From the NCBI GenBank assembly GCA_043228905.1, contig JBHGNT010000003.1, positions 3,596,001 through 3,660,000 on the forward strand: a stretch of DNA of 64,000 nucleotides, given 5' to 3'. Made by a program: the position numbers and the translations under genes. The notes under the pieces are model-generated. The model saw nothing but the letters and a program-made list of their open reading frames with translations, ran no database searches and was not told the origin of the DNA. Each line of letters opens with the position of its first letter. Position 1 is the first letter of the stretch. Origin of the DNA: Azolla caroliniana (Eukaryota > Plantae > Polypodiophyta). This document shows, piece by piece, positions 33,639 through 47,915 of the stretch.

Positions 33639-35765
33639 ATGAAGGGGTCGGATCTTGCAGAGGCCATGGCTGCAGCCGTGGATCGGATATTGAGTGCACG
33701 CGAGGGCACCGGCGCCCTCGACAGAGCCATTGAGGCGGTCGTCGGTACGATCGGCCGGTTCAGCAGAAAGGATGCCACGAAGTATTTGGTGTCCTACGGG
33801 GCAGAAATGCTGATGCGGGACATTCCGGAAGAGAGGCGTCTTGCCGGGTTTCCTCGAGTGACGATGCCGAGCATCCATGCGGAGGTGCTCGAGGTGCGGG
33901 CGGAGAGCCGTACCTGGGAGGAGTTCGAAGGCCGACTCCTAGAAAAATACGAGCTGGACGACGCGCTCCGGCTTTCGAAACGAGACTTCATGGAATGGGT
34001 GGAGTCCCCCGGCAAGGGAAGAAACGCATCGACACTCCTCCGGGAGTTCGAAGAACGCTTTGCGCGCCTTTCGGCGCTTGACCAAACCGTTCGGGATACG
34101 AGCCGGGTCCTACTGTTCGTCAAGTCGGTGGACGAGCGGGACCGGGATCAAGTCGACTCCTTGCTGGAAACCGAAGACGGGCTGACGACCGACTGGGCTG
34201 CGGTTAAGAGAGTCTGTGGCCGTTTCGACAAACGGCGGGAATGGGCTGACAACGGGGCGGCCGGTGCGGGCTCTGTCACAGCAAGGAGGCTTGAACCGGC
34301 ACCGCAAGGGCGAAGGGAAGAAACTCGGGAATGACTCGAAACCGGTCCGGCTTCGACTGGCATGGTCAATGGCTCGTCCGGAGGAGCAGCGCTGGAGGAG
34401 TTGACGCTGGCGATAAAGGATCTCCAGATCGCCCAGACTCGAAGGGAAGGCGGCGAACCGGCTCGTGACCGACGGCCGGCAGCAGGGAACAGGTGCATGT
34501 GGTGCGACGAGGTCGGCCACATTCGGAAGGACTGCGGCGATTTCGCAGAGGCATTGAGGAACCGGGTGGTGTACCTGTGGGAAGGCCGGGTGCACGCCGG
34601 CGACACTAGGAGGGCCCTAAACCGAAACGACGGGCGAGGAGGTATGAAGAGACTGATGGAAGAGGCAGCGGCCCGACACGTGGAGGCCATCCACTACTCG
34701 GCGTCGGCCGGCATTCGGGTCGGGGGCAGCGAGGCCCGAAAGGAGAGCAAAGACGGATTCTGGTCGGCAATGCTGGAAGGCCTGGCCGGCGCACGGTTAA
34801 GGAAAGACGAAGCGGACCGCGCTGAGAGACGGGTCCGGGAAGTAACCGGGTTGAGCGATCCGGTCGAGGAGAAGACGGGCTTCGTAGAAGCCGCTTGCCG
34901 GAACTACGAGGCTTTGGTAGAAAACAAACGAGTGGGGAAAGCCGGAGCGGCCGGGCCCTCACAACGGTACGAGACCCGGTTCGGGCAGCGACGGAACGAT
35001 GCCGGTGGGCCCAGCTCACAAGATAACCCCAGGAAGGGCGGATACCGATTGGGGACGGAAATAGAAAGGACTACGGACCTACGAAAGGTCGTAGAAGAAC
35101 GAATCCTCGACAGCAAAGTGGAGCTGTCATTGCGGGAGGTGCTAGGGATCGCCAAGAAGGAGTTCCACGACTTCATTGTGGACTTGGTGAAACGAAAGAG
35201 GCTGTCGACGGAGACAGAACCGGAAAGACCGGTGGAGGTGCGGACGACGCGCATCGACGACATGGCACTAGAAGATGAGTGGGCAGAGAGCCACTATTCG
35301 AGGCCACACTGGGCCCGAGCGACCACGGAGACCCCGGTAATGATCGGAGATGTTCAGGAACCGGTGGTGGCACTAGTGGACCACGGTTCGGAAATAAACC
35401 TGATGTCCATGGACTTCTATAAGAAGGGAAAATGGCCGATCAACACCAAGCACGGGTGGAAGATACGGGCGGCGACGCGTGCCACCGAGGAACTGCATGG
35501 GGCCTGCCCGAACGTGCGTGTCAAGATCGGCGACGTCGAGATTGACCAGCACTTCTTCGTACAGGAGACGTCCTCGCACCCGATCATATTAGGTGAACCA
35601 TACATCACGGCGGCGCGGATGGAGACCAAGGTGCTAGACAACGGTTCGGCCTACGCGAGGGTCAAAAGCCAGGACGGGCGCCATTCGGTCCAATTTCTGA
35701 CGGTGCGGCCGAACCACGAGAGAAACCGCGAATCCCTCGGTGGCGAGAACCGGGAGGATTTTTAG
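33639..35765 (+). pseudogene. Gypsy-2 gag-protease with premature stop (TGA at 34332)
   Basis: Colinear with the 708-aa ORF of gypsy-1; a Trp codon is replaced by a stop. Confidence 0.92.
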
Positions 35766-38700
35766 AGAGAGCTGCCAAGGCGTGGGGCCGAGACAGCCCG
35801 AACACTCGAGAAAGACCCCACGACTGTACGATAGAACCGAAACCGAAGGAACCCTGTACGATAACTAGGAAATTCTGCTTCTCCAACAACGGAGGGTGTA
35901 TGATAGTCGACATCGACGGCCGAGAAAAGACAAGGGCGGAAGTGCGACTTCGAGCGTGCGGAGTTCTCGGCCTGGACGAGGAAATCAGCGGAGCCGTGGA
36001 GGCGGTCTCCTTCGATGACACCTTGGGAATGTTGGGGGAGGTAGCCGGAGAAGACCTTAACGAAGACCGGACGATACCGGTATGTTCCGAAGAGATGTAC
36101 AAAGTCATCGCGAACTTCAGTCGGGGGCTCGGGTCGGATCGGACGGCCCGAGTTAGCACGAAGTACAAGACTGTGGACCGGAAGGTAAGGCCCGTCGCGG
36201 CAACCTTACCGGAGGGCAGCGAGTCCCGAATCAAAGGGGTTGCGTCGGACCCCAGTTTACGAGATCTGGCCTGCATAGGACACACCTTCACCGACGGGAT
36301 GCTCCGGGAGCTCAAGATCGGTGGGGGCGGGTTCCTACTGCCGGCGGAGGAAGACCGGTTTCGGAGAATGCTCGGAAGGCACGGGAAAACCTTCGCGTTT
36401 TCGCCGGAAGAGATCGGGTGCGTAGACCCGACGATTGTAGAGCCGATGGTGATATTCACGGTACCACATGTGCCGTGGAATCTCAAGCCGATTCCAGTAC
36501 CGAGAGCTCACATCCCGAAGTTGATGGAGCTATTGAGGCAAAAAGTCGATATGGGCATTCTCGAACCGTCGAGTGCCCCATACTCGAACCGATGGTTTAC
36601 CGTACCAAAGAAAAACGGAACATTGCGCTTCATTCAAGACCTGCAGCCGGTCAACAGAGTGACCATTCGGAACGCAGGAATCGGACCGACCATAGACGAG
36701 TTCGCAGAGGCCTTCGCCGGAAGGTCAATTTACTCGGTCGGTGATCTGTACTCGGGGTACGACCAGTTCCAGCTAGCCATGGAGAGCAGAGACATTACGA
36801 CAATGCGAACTCCCCTCGGCCTGGTGCGAATGTGTACCCTGCCACAAGGAGGGACCAACTTAGTAGCCCACATGGTGAATGCAATGAACAAGGTACTGAG
36901 GGATTGCATCCCGGACATCACCATGTCGTTTCTAGACGACATCCCGATCAAGGGGTGCCCGGTGGAAGAGAAGGACGAGACAGTCGGGCCGGACGGATGC
37001 CGGCGATTCGTGGCGACACACATCGACGACTGCGAGAAGGTGCTACAAAGGCTAGAGGATGCGAGGCTCACCTTCTCCGGGGAGAAATCGGCCTTCGGGC
37101 AATCGGAAATCCTGGTGGTCGGACACCTATGTGGACCATATGGCCGGAAGCCGTCTCCGGCAAAGGTAGAAGCCATCTCCGCGATGAAGACCGACTGTAG
37201 CTCGGTTACGGAAGTTCGGAGGTTCCTGGGGGCATGCGCATTCTACCACATATGGATCCCGCATTACGCCCACGTTGCGGAGCCGCTATACGGGTTGCTG
37301 AAAAAGGGGCGAAAATTCGAGTGGCGAGACGAGCACACGGAGTCAGTCTGGAAGCTGAAGGAAGCTCTTGCGGCAGTACCGGCGCTCCGGAAGGCTGTCT
37401 ACGAGAAGGGTACCCCGGTATACATAACGGTGGATACGAGTCCGACCGGGATCGGATGGGTCGTCAACCAAGAAGATGGGGACGGCATTCGGTTCCCGAT
37501 CCGATTCGGCGCGAAGGTCCTCAGTGAGCGACAGCGAGGGTACGCCCAGGTTAAACGCGAACTCTGGGGTATCGTTTCGGCAGTAAAGGCCGACCAAGAC
37601 TACCTGTTCGGGACGGAAGTGATTATCGAGACGGATTGCCTGCCAATTCTCAGCATGGTTTCCGGATGCGCGACACCGAACCTGGCGATGCTCAGGTGGA
37701 TAGCGTACATCAAGTCCCTGGACCCAGAAATATGGCACATTTCCGGAAAGGACAACACCATGGCCGAAATGCTTTCGAGGGCGAGGTTTGATGACGAGGG
37801 CGGCATGGTTTCGAAGGACGAAGATGTCGGTGTGGACTTCTTCGAGGCGGCGTACGTGACGACCGATGGGACGAGCACTCCGGCACTTAACGGCTTCAAC
37901 GAGAGCAGGTACGACGGCGAGTGGCTCCAGATCGGTGGATTTTTTAGGACAATGACGACGGATGCGTCATGGACGAAGGACGAGGCCAACCGGATCCGGA
38001 AGAAAGCTTACCGATTCTTTCTCCGGGACGGATACTTATGGAAGCACCCGAAGAAGAGGAACGGCGTCCCGCTCCGGGTGGTGGCGATGAAGGAAGAATA
38101 GGAGGAGCTGCTGACGGCCTACCACGACAGCCCCTGGGCTGGACACCGTGGAACGTGGGCCACGTTCGAGAAGATAAAGGGGAAGTACTGGTGGCCGGGA
38201 CTGTACTGGGACGTGCATCGGTTCGTGACGACTTGCGAGAGCTGTCAGATGCACTCCGTAGTCCAACATCGGGACGAGCTTCACCCTACGTACCCTCCGA
38301 CCATCCACTTCAAATGGATGGTAGACCTGGTGACGATGCTGATGGGAGTAGGACAGATGCGGTATCTGGTCCTAGCTCGGGAACATCTGACGAACCAGGT
38401 AGAAGGCCGAGCCCTTCAGAACAAAACGACCGCGGCCGTATGTCGGTTCCTGATTGAGGACGTGATATGCCGGTACGGGTGCGTCAGGAAGATCATGGCT
38501 GATTGCGGGGAGTTGGACTCCGAAGAGGCCGAGGAGCTGTTCGACCGGCTAGGAGTCAAGCTCTCGCTTACCACTGCGTATAATCCGGAGGCGAATGGGA
38601 AGGTGGAGCGCGGACACGGGCCGATCGTCAAGGCGTTAGTTCGGGCATGCGGAGGTCAAGTCGGGAACTGGCCGCGGCTGCTGCCTTACGCGTTGTGGGC

Positions 38701-39259
38701 GGACCGAACTACGCACAGTTCGGTAACCGGATTCATGCCGGCAGAGCTCATGTTTGGGCAAAAGCCGATCATGCCGATGGAACGTACGATCTCCTCATGG
38801 GCAACCGTGGAATGGAGAGACGAGATGAGCCGGGAGGAACTGTTGACGGCGCGCATACGACAGCTCGAGCGAAGACCGGAGGACGTGAAGCAAGCTGCGG
38901 AAAAGCTTCGGATGGCCAGGACGAGGAACAAAGCCCAGTTCGACCGGACGCACCGGCTCCGACCGAAGAAGATCGAGGAAGGCGACTGGGTGCTAGTCTA
39001 CGACAGCAGCCTCGACAACCAGCACCGAGCGACACGGAAGTTCGCAAGAAGGTGGTTCGGGCCTTACGTGGTACAAAGCGCCAACGACAACGGGACGTAC
39101 CATCTGGCGGAACTCGACGGTACGAGAATGGCGATACCGATAGCGGGGAAGCAGATCAAAGCGTTCAAGAAGCGTCACGACGACGAGCCGGATCCGGTTG
39201 ACGTGGACCGCGACGACGAACGATCCGAAACCGAGGAAGAACCGACGAGCGGGGAATGA
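35756..39259 (+). pseudogene. Gypsy-2 pol (RT-RH-IN) with premature stop (TAG at 38099); slippery GGATTTT at 35756-35762
   Basis: Colinear with gypsy-1 Pol; a Gln codon is replaced by a stop. Confidence 0.92.
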
Positions 39260-39332
39260 AGGCTGGACCGGTTTTCTCCGTCCCAACTCAATTTGGCGCA
39301 TGCCGGTGGATGCACGGTTAGGTGGGGGCGGA

Positions 39333-39957
39333 TGTCGTGAAGAAACCCGTCCACAAGCGGAATCGGTGCACCGGAGCATAGGAACCGGCTCTTCATACAC
39401 GTGCGCCTTATGTTGTACATAGAAGATCCTCGGTAGGTAGGAAGTTAATAGGAAATGGCTCCTTCCTTGCCTATAAAAGGAGGGAGACAAGGAGGGGAGA
39501 GGCATCGCGGAGAGTCGAGGACGAAGTGCTGTCGGTTTGCTTGCGAAGGCTTCTCTCTCTCTCTGGTTAGCAACCTCCATAGCTTCCTTCTGTGCAAGTT
39601 TCGGGAGGCTCGCGCTGCGCTGAGGAATGCCCGAGTGCTTCCGGCAGCACCTCCAACCTGCTCCTGTCTTTCTGTGTGTTTACGAACAGGCATCGGCATC
39701 TGTTCGCCGGCCTGTTCGGTTGTAACCGACTTCGTGTTTTTGTTGCTTCCGTGCTCTTGTTGTTGTCTTTGTTAATACATACATACATTCGTGTCTCTCT
39801 GTGTCGCTGTCCCACTCGCGTCTTTGTGTCGAAGGGCCGTGTCCCTGTGAATCTACGTTCGCACGTAGTGGGTCTCTTGTCCTTTCTCTCTTGCTCTTCG
39901 GTACAGGACCCCTGAGGTCCCGCCTCATTCCACGCATCCGCGAGGAAAACCTCGACA
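39333..39957 (+). repeat. Gypsy-2 3' LTR
   Basis: Follows the PPT GGTTAGGTGGGGGCGGA; TG..CA termini. Confidence 0.95.
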
Positions 39958-40669
39958 ACGTTAGTTTCTAACTTTCAAACTTTGTAACGATTTTTGCTTT
40001 ATCAATCTGTGCTTCAATGTACCAAGACCTAGAAATGTATCAAATAGGGATCAAAGATCTTTTAGGAATTTTTTGCAATCACATGCATATTAACATGGTT
40101 GAGAAGTGTACAACTTTTTTATCATCACATGTATATTCCATGGGTGAGAAGCCTACATGCCTATTTAATATTGACTTGGTGCCATGCTATACAAATACCG
40201 CTTGATTCATATAAGAGCATGCTTTCTTTGAATCAACTTAGAGGCTATGATATTCAGCGACATGAAGGGAATGCGGTGCACATGGATCATGTTGGATAAA
40301 CCTTTGACTTCTATCCTATTTGCAATAATATGCTATCATAGTTTTGAAGCGGTCAAATTTCCAAGCAGGGAGTTCTATTTTATCACATTCAAATAATGAC
40401 ACAAGAAATCAATTGCACTGACAATTGACATTAAATATTGTGTGAATGTGAACTATATGGTCCTTTATAAGACATCTTTATACTTTAACTTCAACAAAAT
40501 AAGGCTCTCTTGGCTATAGGAGAGAGTACTGGATGAGCAACCATTCAGAATTTTGTGAAGATAAAATAATTAAGAAGGTAATCTGCTTTACCAAAATATA
40601 GAGCACAATCCACAAATTGCACTCATGGACTCAAATTACACAAAGTACATCAAGCATGAAAAAACTCAA

Positions 40670-41950
40670 GTTATTATTAGTCTCTCTATCACCCACTCTC
40701 TTGGTCTCTATACAAATGAGGTACTAGATTACATAGAGAGATTTGGTGGTTCAAGAGTATGCCTAGCAGGTATAGCCATACAAATATTACTGTATTTTGA
40801 TGATATTGCACTGATATCCAATTCTCTAGAGGGACTACAAAGACTACTAAATGCCTCAACAATAGATTCTTGGTAAGCTTATATAAAACGAAAGTGATGG
40901 TATTTAACACCACTCAAGCATGGGTAACGAAATCTTTTTGGGACAGGAAAAGGTGGCATACACATGGTTGTACACATACCTAAGTGTAACATTCATAACG
41001 CCTCGGTCTCCTCATGGGAGGATGCCTAGCCTAGACTTTCTCGTGCTTTTGAAAGAAAATGTTTACATATACAATTCAATATCCAGAAGCTAAATTGTGG
41101 CTATTTGATAGACTTGTCATAGTGACACTTATCAGAAACATGGGGACCAAGTCTTTTCAAGGCAAATAACTGGTAAGATTTGGAGAGACCTTTGGTCTCA
41201 ATGATTGCCTGCATGCTAAAGAGAAAATCGGTTCCCCATGATATAATTAAGGAAGACATGTTAGCTGCTCAAAGAATCACCAATGCATTATTCCGAATCT
41301 CGAACACTCGTATCCAATGAGTTTGGGAGATGCCTATCTGAAAGTACTCAAGGTCGGCACTTATGTCATCAAAACAACTTCCTGAACATGGAGATGATCA
41401 TTGTTGGTAAAACACAACATTGTTTCAAGTCACGTGGCATAAACATAAATGCACTACCCTTGTTACAATATAGATTGGATGTCTTCATCTAATAATGATC
41501 AGAGCTGATGTATCAAATTGAATAATGAAAGAACATGGAAGATGGCCCACTATAAGGGACAGTTTTTACACGTATCGGAGGATGGATTTATCATAAGGTC
41601 CTCATATATGGACATATATCAATACGATGTGCCTATGCTGTTGGATAAGCCGACTGCGGTAGTCGTTACACCAAGTAGATATTGAGGTAGACAAATATGC
41701 ATGCATACATTTAGAAAAAAGAATTTGCCCAATTGTGTCATCAAGGAGTGGAATTTGGGAGTGTATGTTTTTCACTGTACAGTTTGTTAATGATATAGGA
41801 AACATAATTGCCTCTTTAACCATGGGTTTTGACCCATTATACAAGGTAATGGAATATGAAGACCAATGATGCTTGGGGTTGTTCTTGTTAGAACTCAAGA
41901 AACACAGGGAGAAGTTGGTGAAGGAAAATAATACAACTACACAAGCTCAT
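40670..41950 (+). mobile_element. Highly degenerate RTEX-like LINE RT fragment
   Basis: LGLYTNEV...IQILLYFDDIALISNSLEGLQRLLNA, KTKVMVFN, later LEKRIC; many frameshifts; boundaries approximate. Confidence 0.7.
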
Positions 41951-44900
41951 TAACAAAGAACAATCACAACTTTCCTTAGCCCCATCACTCGTACTCATGT
42001 TACAAGTTAATCAAGGGCAACACAAGTGAGCTCCCAACTAGGACATTGCAAAGGGGTTACAATAGATTGGCAATTTCAATCTTTCATGCAATTAGGCTCC
42101 ACCTTTGTGGACCACAATCTCGCCACCCTTGCCATTGACAGATGAAGGGCATTTCTCCTACCATCGTGGATGGTTCCCTTGCTTTGGAAATATTTAGTGA
42201 ATACTTTGCACGATGTACTAGTGAAGATACCTCTACCCAGATACATTAGTATCCAGCCCTTCCACTCCTACTTTCTTCAGTGCGGGGATGGTGAATGAGG
42301 CTATTGAATGGCAAAACCATGAGGGTATAGTTCCAAAGCAAATTAATGGTGCTAGCTGAATGAAGATATATTTGTTCTGTGTATGCAAGGGGAAAATGCC
42401 CATTGTAACCAATGATAAATATATGAGCGGATAAATACATGCATGGAATTCAATTGATCCATTCCAAGGGAATGAACGAGTAAATGTGACAAAGCAATCT
42501 AACTGTGAAATACACTAACTACATATTAAGATTAGGGGTAAAGTGCTGATTTTTTACTCATCAAAAGGTTATGAATGTATCAACTAGATGCAGCACAGAA
42601 ATACTCTTATGTGAAATGTAGATTTGGATAAATGTACTTCCTCGAGTGAATTTGAAAAATAGATTTTTTCTAGAATTTATTGAAATCATTTGAAACCAAA
42701 ATTTTGGAACATTCTAATACAATAAAATTTAGAGGTATTTGTAGTTTCAATTTGAACACTTAAAGATTATTTAAATAATTGCAAGTATTTGGGGTTTTAA
42801 TTAGCAAAGAAAATTTCTTCTAGATTTAACATGAGATATGTTGGGATCTCAATCCCTCCGAATGGGATCCGGATGAGGGTCAAGAGGACCAATTCGGATG
42901 AACCGGATAAAGGAACCGGATCCGGAAGGGATTCTGATGAGACTCGGAAACCAGATCAAGTGAATCTGGATGGATCCAGTGCGAACCGGATTCAAGGATA
43001 TATGTGTAAATATGTTTCATGATGAGCCTATCGATGCTATATTTGTAAATAGCCCAAAAGTCATATAAGTATAAATATGACTAAGGGCAATCACTTTATG
43101 TATAGAGAGAAAAATATTGTGAGTTGTAGGTTATTATCGTTGCCATCGTTGTACACACTGAGAGAGAGAGAGAGAGAGAGAGAGACATACAAAGGAAGTT
43201 TCTGTTTGTAACCGCCGGTTGGCGAAGACATAGAGCTCAAGGTTGTTGCCTCTTAGTCTCCTGTTGTACCTCCTTTCTCATATAGTGATAGTTAGAGTCT
43301 GTGGGTTCTAGTGGTTTTTCCCTATTAGGGTTTCCCACGTAAACATCCTGCATCGTCTCTTTCGTGTAAGTGTATTAGACTCCATTTCCAATTTGTTCTT
43401 CCATTAAGTGTTTGAGGCTCAGTTGTGGCCGAGCGTTATTCCGCTCAATCTAGTATTAGAGCGAACAATGAACGAAATGGAAGATTCATTCAGCGGCATG
43501 TTGAAGCTCACCGGCTCCAACTACCTAGTGTGGAAGTAGAAGATGAGGGACATGCTCATGGTCAAAGATCTCTGGCTACCGGTATAGTTCGGGGACAACA
43601 TACCATACAAGATTGTTGAGAGACAAGCTCAACATTCGGTGCGAAGTACACAACGTAACCCAGTGCGTAGACTAGGTGCGTGAAAAAGTACGCACAACAG
43701 GGCTGCATTGGTGTGAAAACCAAAGAGGTCATTAGAGCGTTTTTCCTCGTAAAGGAATAATTTTGGGAGTTTGTGTAGTTGGCTCATTTATGAGCATTCA
43801 AGTACTGTCAGTACTTGCGTCAGCCCGTTTGTCAGGGTTGGTATATAATGTGCTCACTAAGCACTGTGTATGTATAGAGAACTATTATTTTGAAATAGGT
43901 TTGAGTTGTCTACTCTGTCTCTGTCTCTGTCTCTCCCTCTCTCTATCTCCATCTCTATGTTTTCTATGTTTTACCTAACTGTCTTATTCCTCCGAACTGT
44001 ATACTCTGTGTTTACGCAACACGCTTCCGCATAACGTATTCTTTTACATGGTATCAGAGCACGAGGGTTGAAGTCCTCTGCAGCCGACAAGAAAAGTTTG
44101 TGACAAAACAGAGTTGAAGATATTCGCTTTCAGAGAAGAAAAAGACAGTAAGTACTATGGACAGAGGAATGGGAAGCTCACTTCTGACTGAAAAGCTTGA
44201 CAGAAGCAACTACGCATCTTGGTCGTACAAGATGCATTAGTACCTGCTTGGCCATGGCTACTGGAGTTATGTCGAAGGAGCAAACGATGTGGCACCCGAC
44301 TCGACACACAGGGACTATCCAGCTTGGGAACAAGTGGCAAGCAGAGTTCTCTACTGCTTTGCATCCTGTGTGAGCGACCAACTATTAAGCTATATTCGGG
44401 ATGCCAAGACGCCGAAGGACGCGTGGACGAATCTCAAAAGGATTATCGCCGCTAGCACAACGGCCATAAAGTTGCAGCTCAGACAGGAGCTCAGCAATGT
44501 ACGACAAAGAGATAAGTCAGTGGCTGATTACACCACCAAGATCAAAGAAATCTGCGACTCTCTTGCCTCCATCAACGTGAACGTCGAGGAAGATGAAATG
44601 GTGCGGGTTTGTCTTGGTGGCTTGGCGTAAGAGTTTGGACCTTTCCGAACGGCAGTCTGCACTAGGGAGATTACGCCTTCGTTTTTCGAGCTTCAGTCAA
44701 TGTTGCTCGTAGAAGAAAACCACGCGGGTGCGTCGACGAGTGTGCACGCCGATGGCAAGATGCTTTACACAGAGGATGATAGGCCTCGTGGTCGTGGTGG
44801 ACGAGGCGGATCGGCACGCAATGGAGGCGGCGGAAAAGAGCAGAATGTACGGCATAATTGAGATGCCGGAAGCAATTCCGAACCCTCCACAAGTAGGGGG

Positions 44901-47900
44901 AGTCAGGGCGGCGCCGGAAGACGGCAAGAGAAGACTGCGCCGGATTGCTGGTATTGTGGCAAGAAAGGTCACAAGGGGAGCGAGTGCTGGAAAAAGCAAG
45001 CCGATTCAGACAAAGCCGAATCGAGCCGAAGAGACGTAGAGAGGCGTTAGAGATCGCACTACGCAGAAGGCTTTGAACGAGCCGAAAACAAATCGGGCCC
45101 AGCCTTCGTAATGAAGCATAAGGCCAACACTATGGCCGTGAACACCTCGAAATCAAGCGAGGTGTGGTATGACGAGTCACGAGGAATGGTTCTCATACTT
45201 GGAGAAACTAGAATCACGAGGGGTTGTCGAAACGGGAGATGACACCCCGCATACCATCGAACATGTCGGTGAAGTTCCCCTCAGCCACGTGGGGCAGAAA
45301 GGGAAGCTTATGAACGTGTTGCACGTCCCGACAATAACGAAGAACTTGGTGTCAGTAGGTCAGATCGTCGACCAAGGTATGCAAGTTCGATTCACGCACC
45401 TCGGCTTCTTCATAGAAGAGGAAGGCAAAGAGATTGTGCAAGGGCACCGTGAAGGGAGGATGTTTATCCTCGACACTAATCAAGTCAGAACCGCATTGTA
45501 CGCGAAAGGACAAAAGGTTGAATCGGATATCGACCTGTGGCACAAGCGGTTCGGCCATGTAAATTTCCCACGGCTTCGTGAAATGTGGACGAAAAACATT
45601 GTTTTTGGGTTGCCGAAATTTCGTGGCCGGAATGGCCAAGTCTGCGAAGCCTGTCAGATGGGAAAACAACACCGACTTCCATTCCCCAATGACGTAATCG
45701 TAGTAGAAGTCCGCTAGATTTGATCCATTCGGATGTGTGGGGTCCGGCACAGAACGTGAGTCTCGGTGGAAGCCGTTACTTTGTAACCTTCATCGACGAC
45801 TTCACTCGGCACATGTGGGCATGCATGATTGAGAAGAAGAGCGAAGTCTTCGCATATTTCCTGAAGGTGAAGAGCCTTGCGGAAAGGGAAACAGGGCATA
45901 AGATCAAATGCCTACGGTCCGACCAATTCACAAGTTATCTACAGAAGGAGGGAATTCGGCGTGAATTCTCATGTAGATACACGCCGCAGCAGAACGGCGT
46001 AGCCGAGCGTAAGAATTGGACGATTGAAGAAACGGCCAGGGCAATTCTTGAAGAGAAGCATATGCCGAAATTCTATTGGGATGAAGTCGTGAAGACGGTT
46101 GTCTACTTGCAGAATCGGACTTCTACTAATGGAGTGTCGCCACATGAGCTGTATTTCGGGACGAAGCCGAACTTGGCACACTTGAGGATCTTTGGTAGCA
46201 TTGCATATGTACATGTGCCAAAGGAAAAGAGGAGGAAGCTGGATGCCAAAGCTGAAAAGTGCATCTTAGTCGGCTATCCAGACGAGTAGAAGGGGTATAA
46301 GTGCTATAACCCCCAAACGAAGGAAGTACGCGTAAGCCACGATGTCGTATTTGACGAGTCCGCTTCGTGGTACTTGTCTTCTCCTCCAGAACCTCAAGAC
46401 TCCATTCCAATTTTTGAAGAAGAAATCACGAGGCTGAAATGCCTCCGCACGATGAAGAAATTGGAGCTCTGAGAGAGAGTCCGATCTCATTTCGGTTTAG
46501 TGAGCTGAATGAAAGGTTGGGCCAAGATGGCCAACTAGATGATGAGACGACAAGTAGTGGAGACTCAGTCGTGATGTCCCCACGTAAAGAACCGTGGAGA
46601 CGGTTTACACGCAAGGAGAAGGGGAAGAAGAAGACGCCGGACTACGATTTCGGTAGTGCCGAGTCAGTTCGAAGCGAATCTAACCTCGACCAGTCGAGAA
46701 GGCACCTCCACGGAAGAGGTCGACAGTAGTCGGAAAGGTCATGAAATCGGGTAATCATGAATTACGCTGATCTAACCGCCAAAAGAACCCCGTAACAAGG
46801 TATGGGTATAATGAATACATGGCGCACCATTACGCGTACATGACGCGAGTGGCGGAAGTGTGTGAGCCAGAGAGCTACGCAGAGGCGGTGAAGGACGCAA
46901 ATTGGCGTGCCACAATGGAGGAAGAGATGCGCGCCTTAATGCAGAATGAGACATGGGACCTAATTGACGCACCGAAGGGTGTAAAGCCGATCGGATGTAG
47001 ATGGGTGTATAAGGTGAAATACAACATCGATGGCTCTGTCAACCGCTACAAGGCCCATTTAGTAGCTAAAGGCTACGCGTAGAAGCACGACGTGGACTAT
47101 GATGAGACATTCGTGCCTGTCGCAAAGATGACTACTGTGCGAGTCCTACTAGTCGTAGCTGCGGCGAAGGGGTGGCACTTACATCAAATGGATGTGAAGA
47201 ACGCGTTCCTTCAAGGTGATCTTGAGGAGCATGTGTATATGGTACAGTCCCTCGGATTTCTATCTAAACAAAACACTTTGGTAGTTTGCCGATTGAAGAA
47301 GTCACTCTACGGACTTAACCAAGCCCCACGAGCTTGGAATGCAAAGATTATGCAACAATTGCGTAGGATGGGGTTTGCGCCGTCGAAATCAAACTCTTCT
47401 CTATTTGTTCGGCAAGGTCAATATGGTCCGGTTAGTCTTCTATTGTATGTTGATGATTTAGTCATCGTTGGTGCCGATCTCAAAGAAATCCGCCGCGTGA
47501 AGTCTCAGCTTGCGGCATCGTTTGAAATGAAGGATCTCGAAGACCTTCATTACTTCCTCGGGATCCAAGTGATCCGTACCCCTGAAGGCATATTGATCAG
47601 CCAACGTCACTACGCGCTAAATATGCTCTTCAAGTTCGGGATGGCAAATTGTAAGCCCATCTCGACCCCTCTAGATAGAAATGGAAAGCTTCGCCGAGAT
47701 TCGGGAAAGGAGTGTGTCCTGACACGGTTCTGACAGATTGTCGGAAACCTTATCTATCCGACGATTACTCGGACGGATCTTAGTTATCCAGTCGGCCTAA
47801 TCAATCAATTCATGTCGCAGCCTACAGCCGAACACTTTCAGTGCACGCAAAGGATATTGCGATATTTAAGAAGCACGAAAGACATGGCGTTGCTATATCG

Positions 47901-47915
47901 AGCAGGCGTAGCCGA

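Larger units (their letters stand above)
32971..39957 (+). mobile_element. Full-length, decaying Ty3/gypsy element, same family as 6142-13506
   Basis: 625-bp LTRs, ACGT TSD (32967-32970 and 39958-39961), PBS TGGTGAACCCAACGTGA at 33599, PPT before 39333. Confidence 0.97.
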
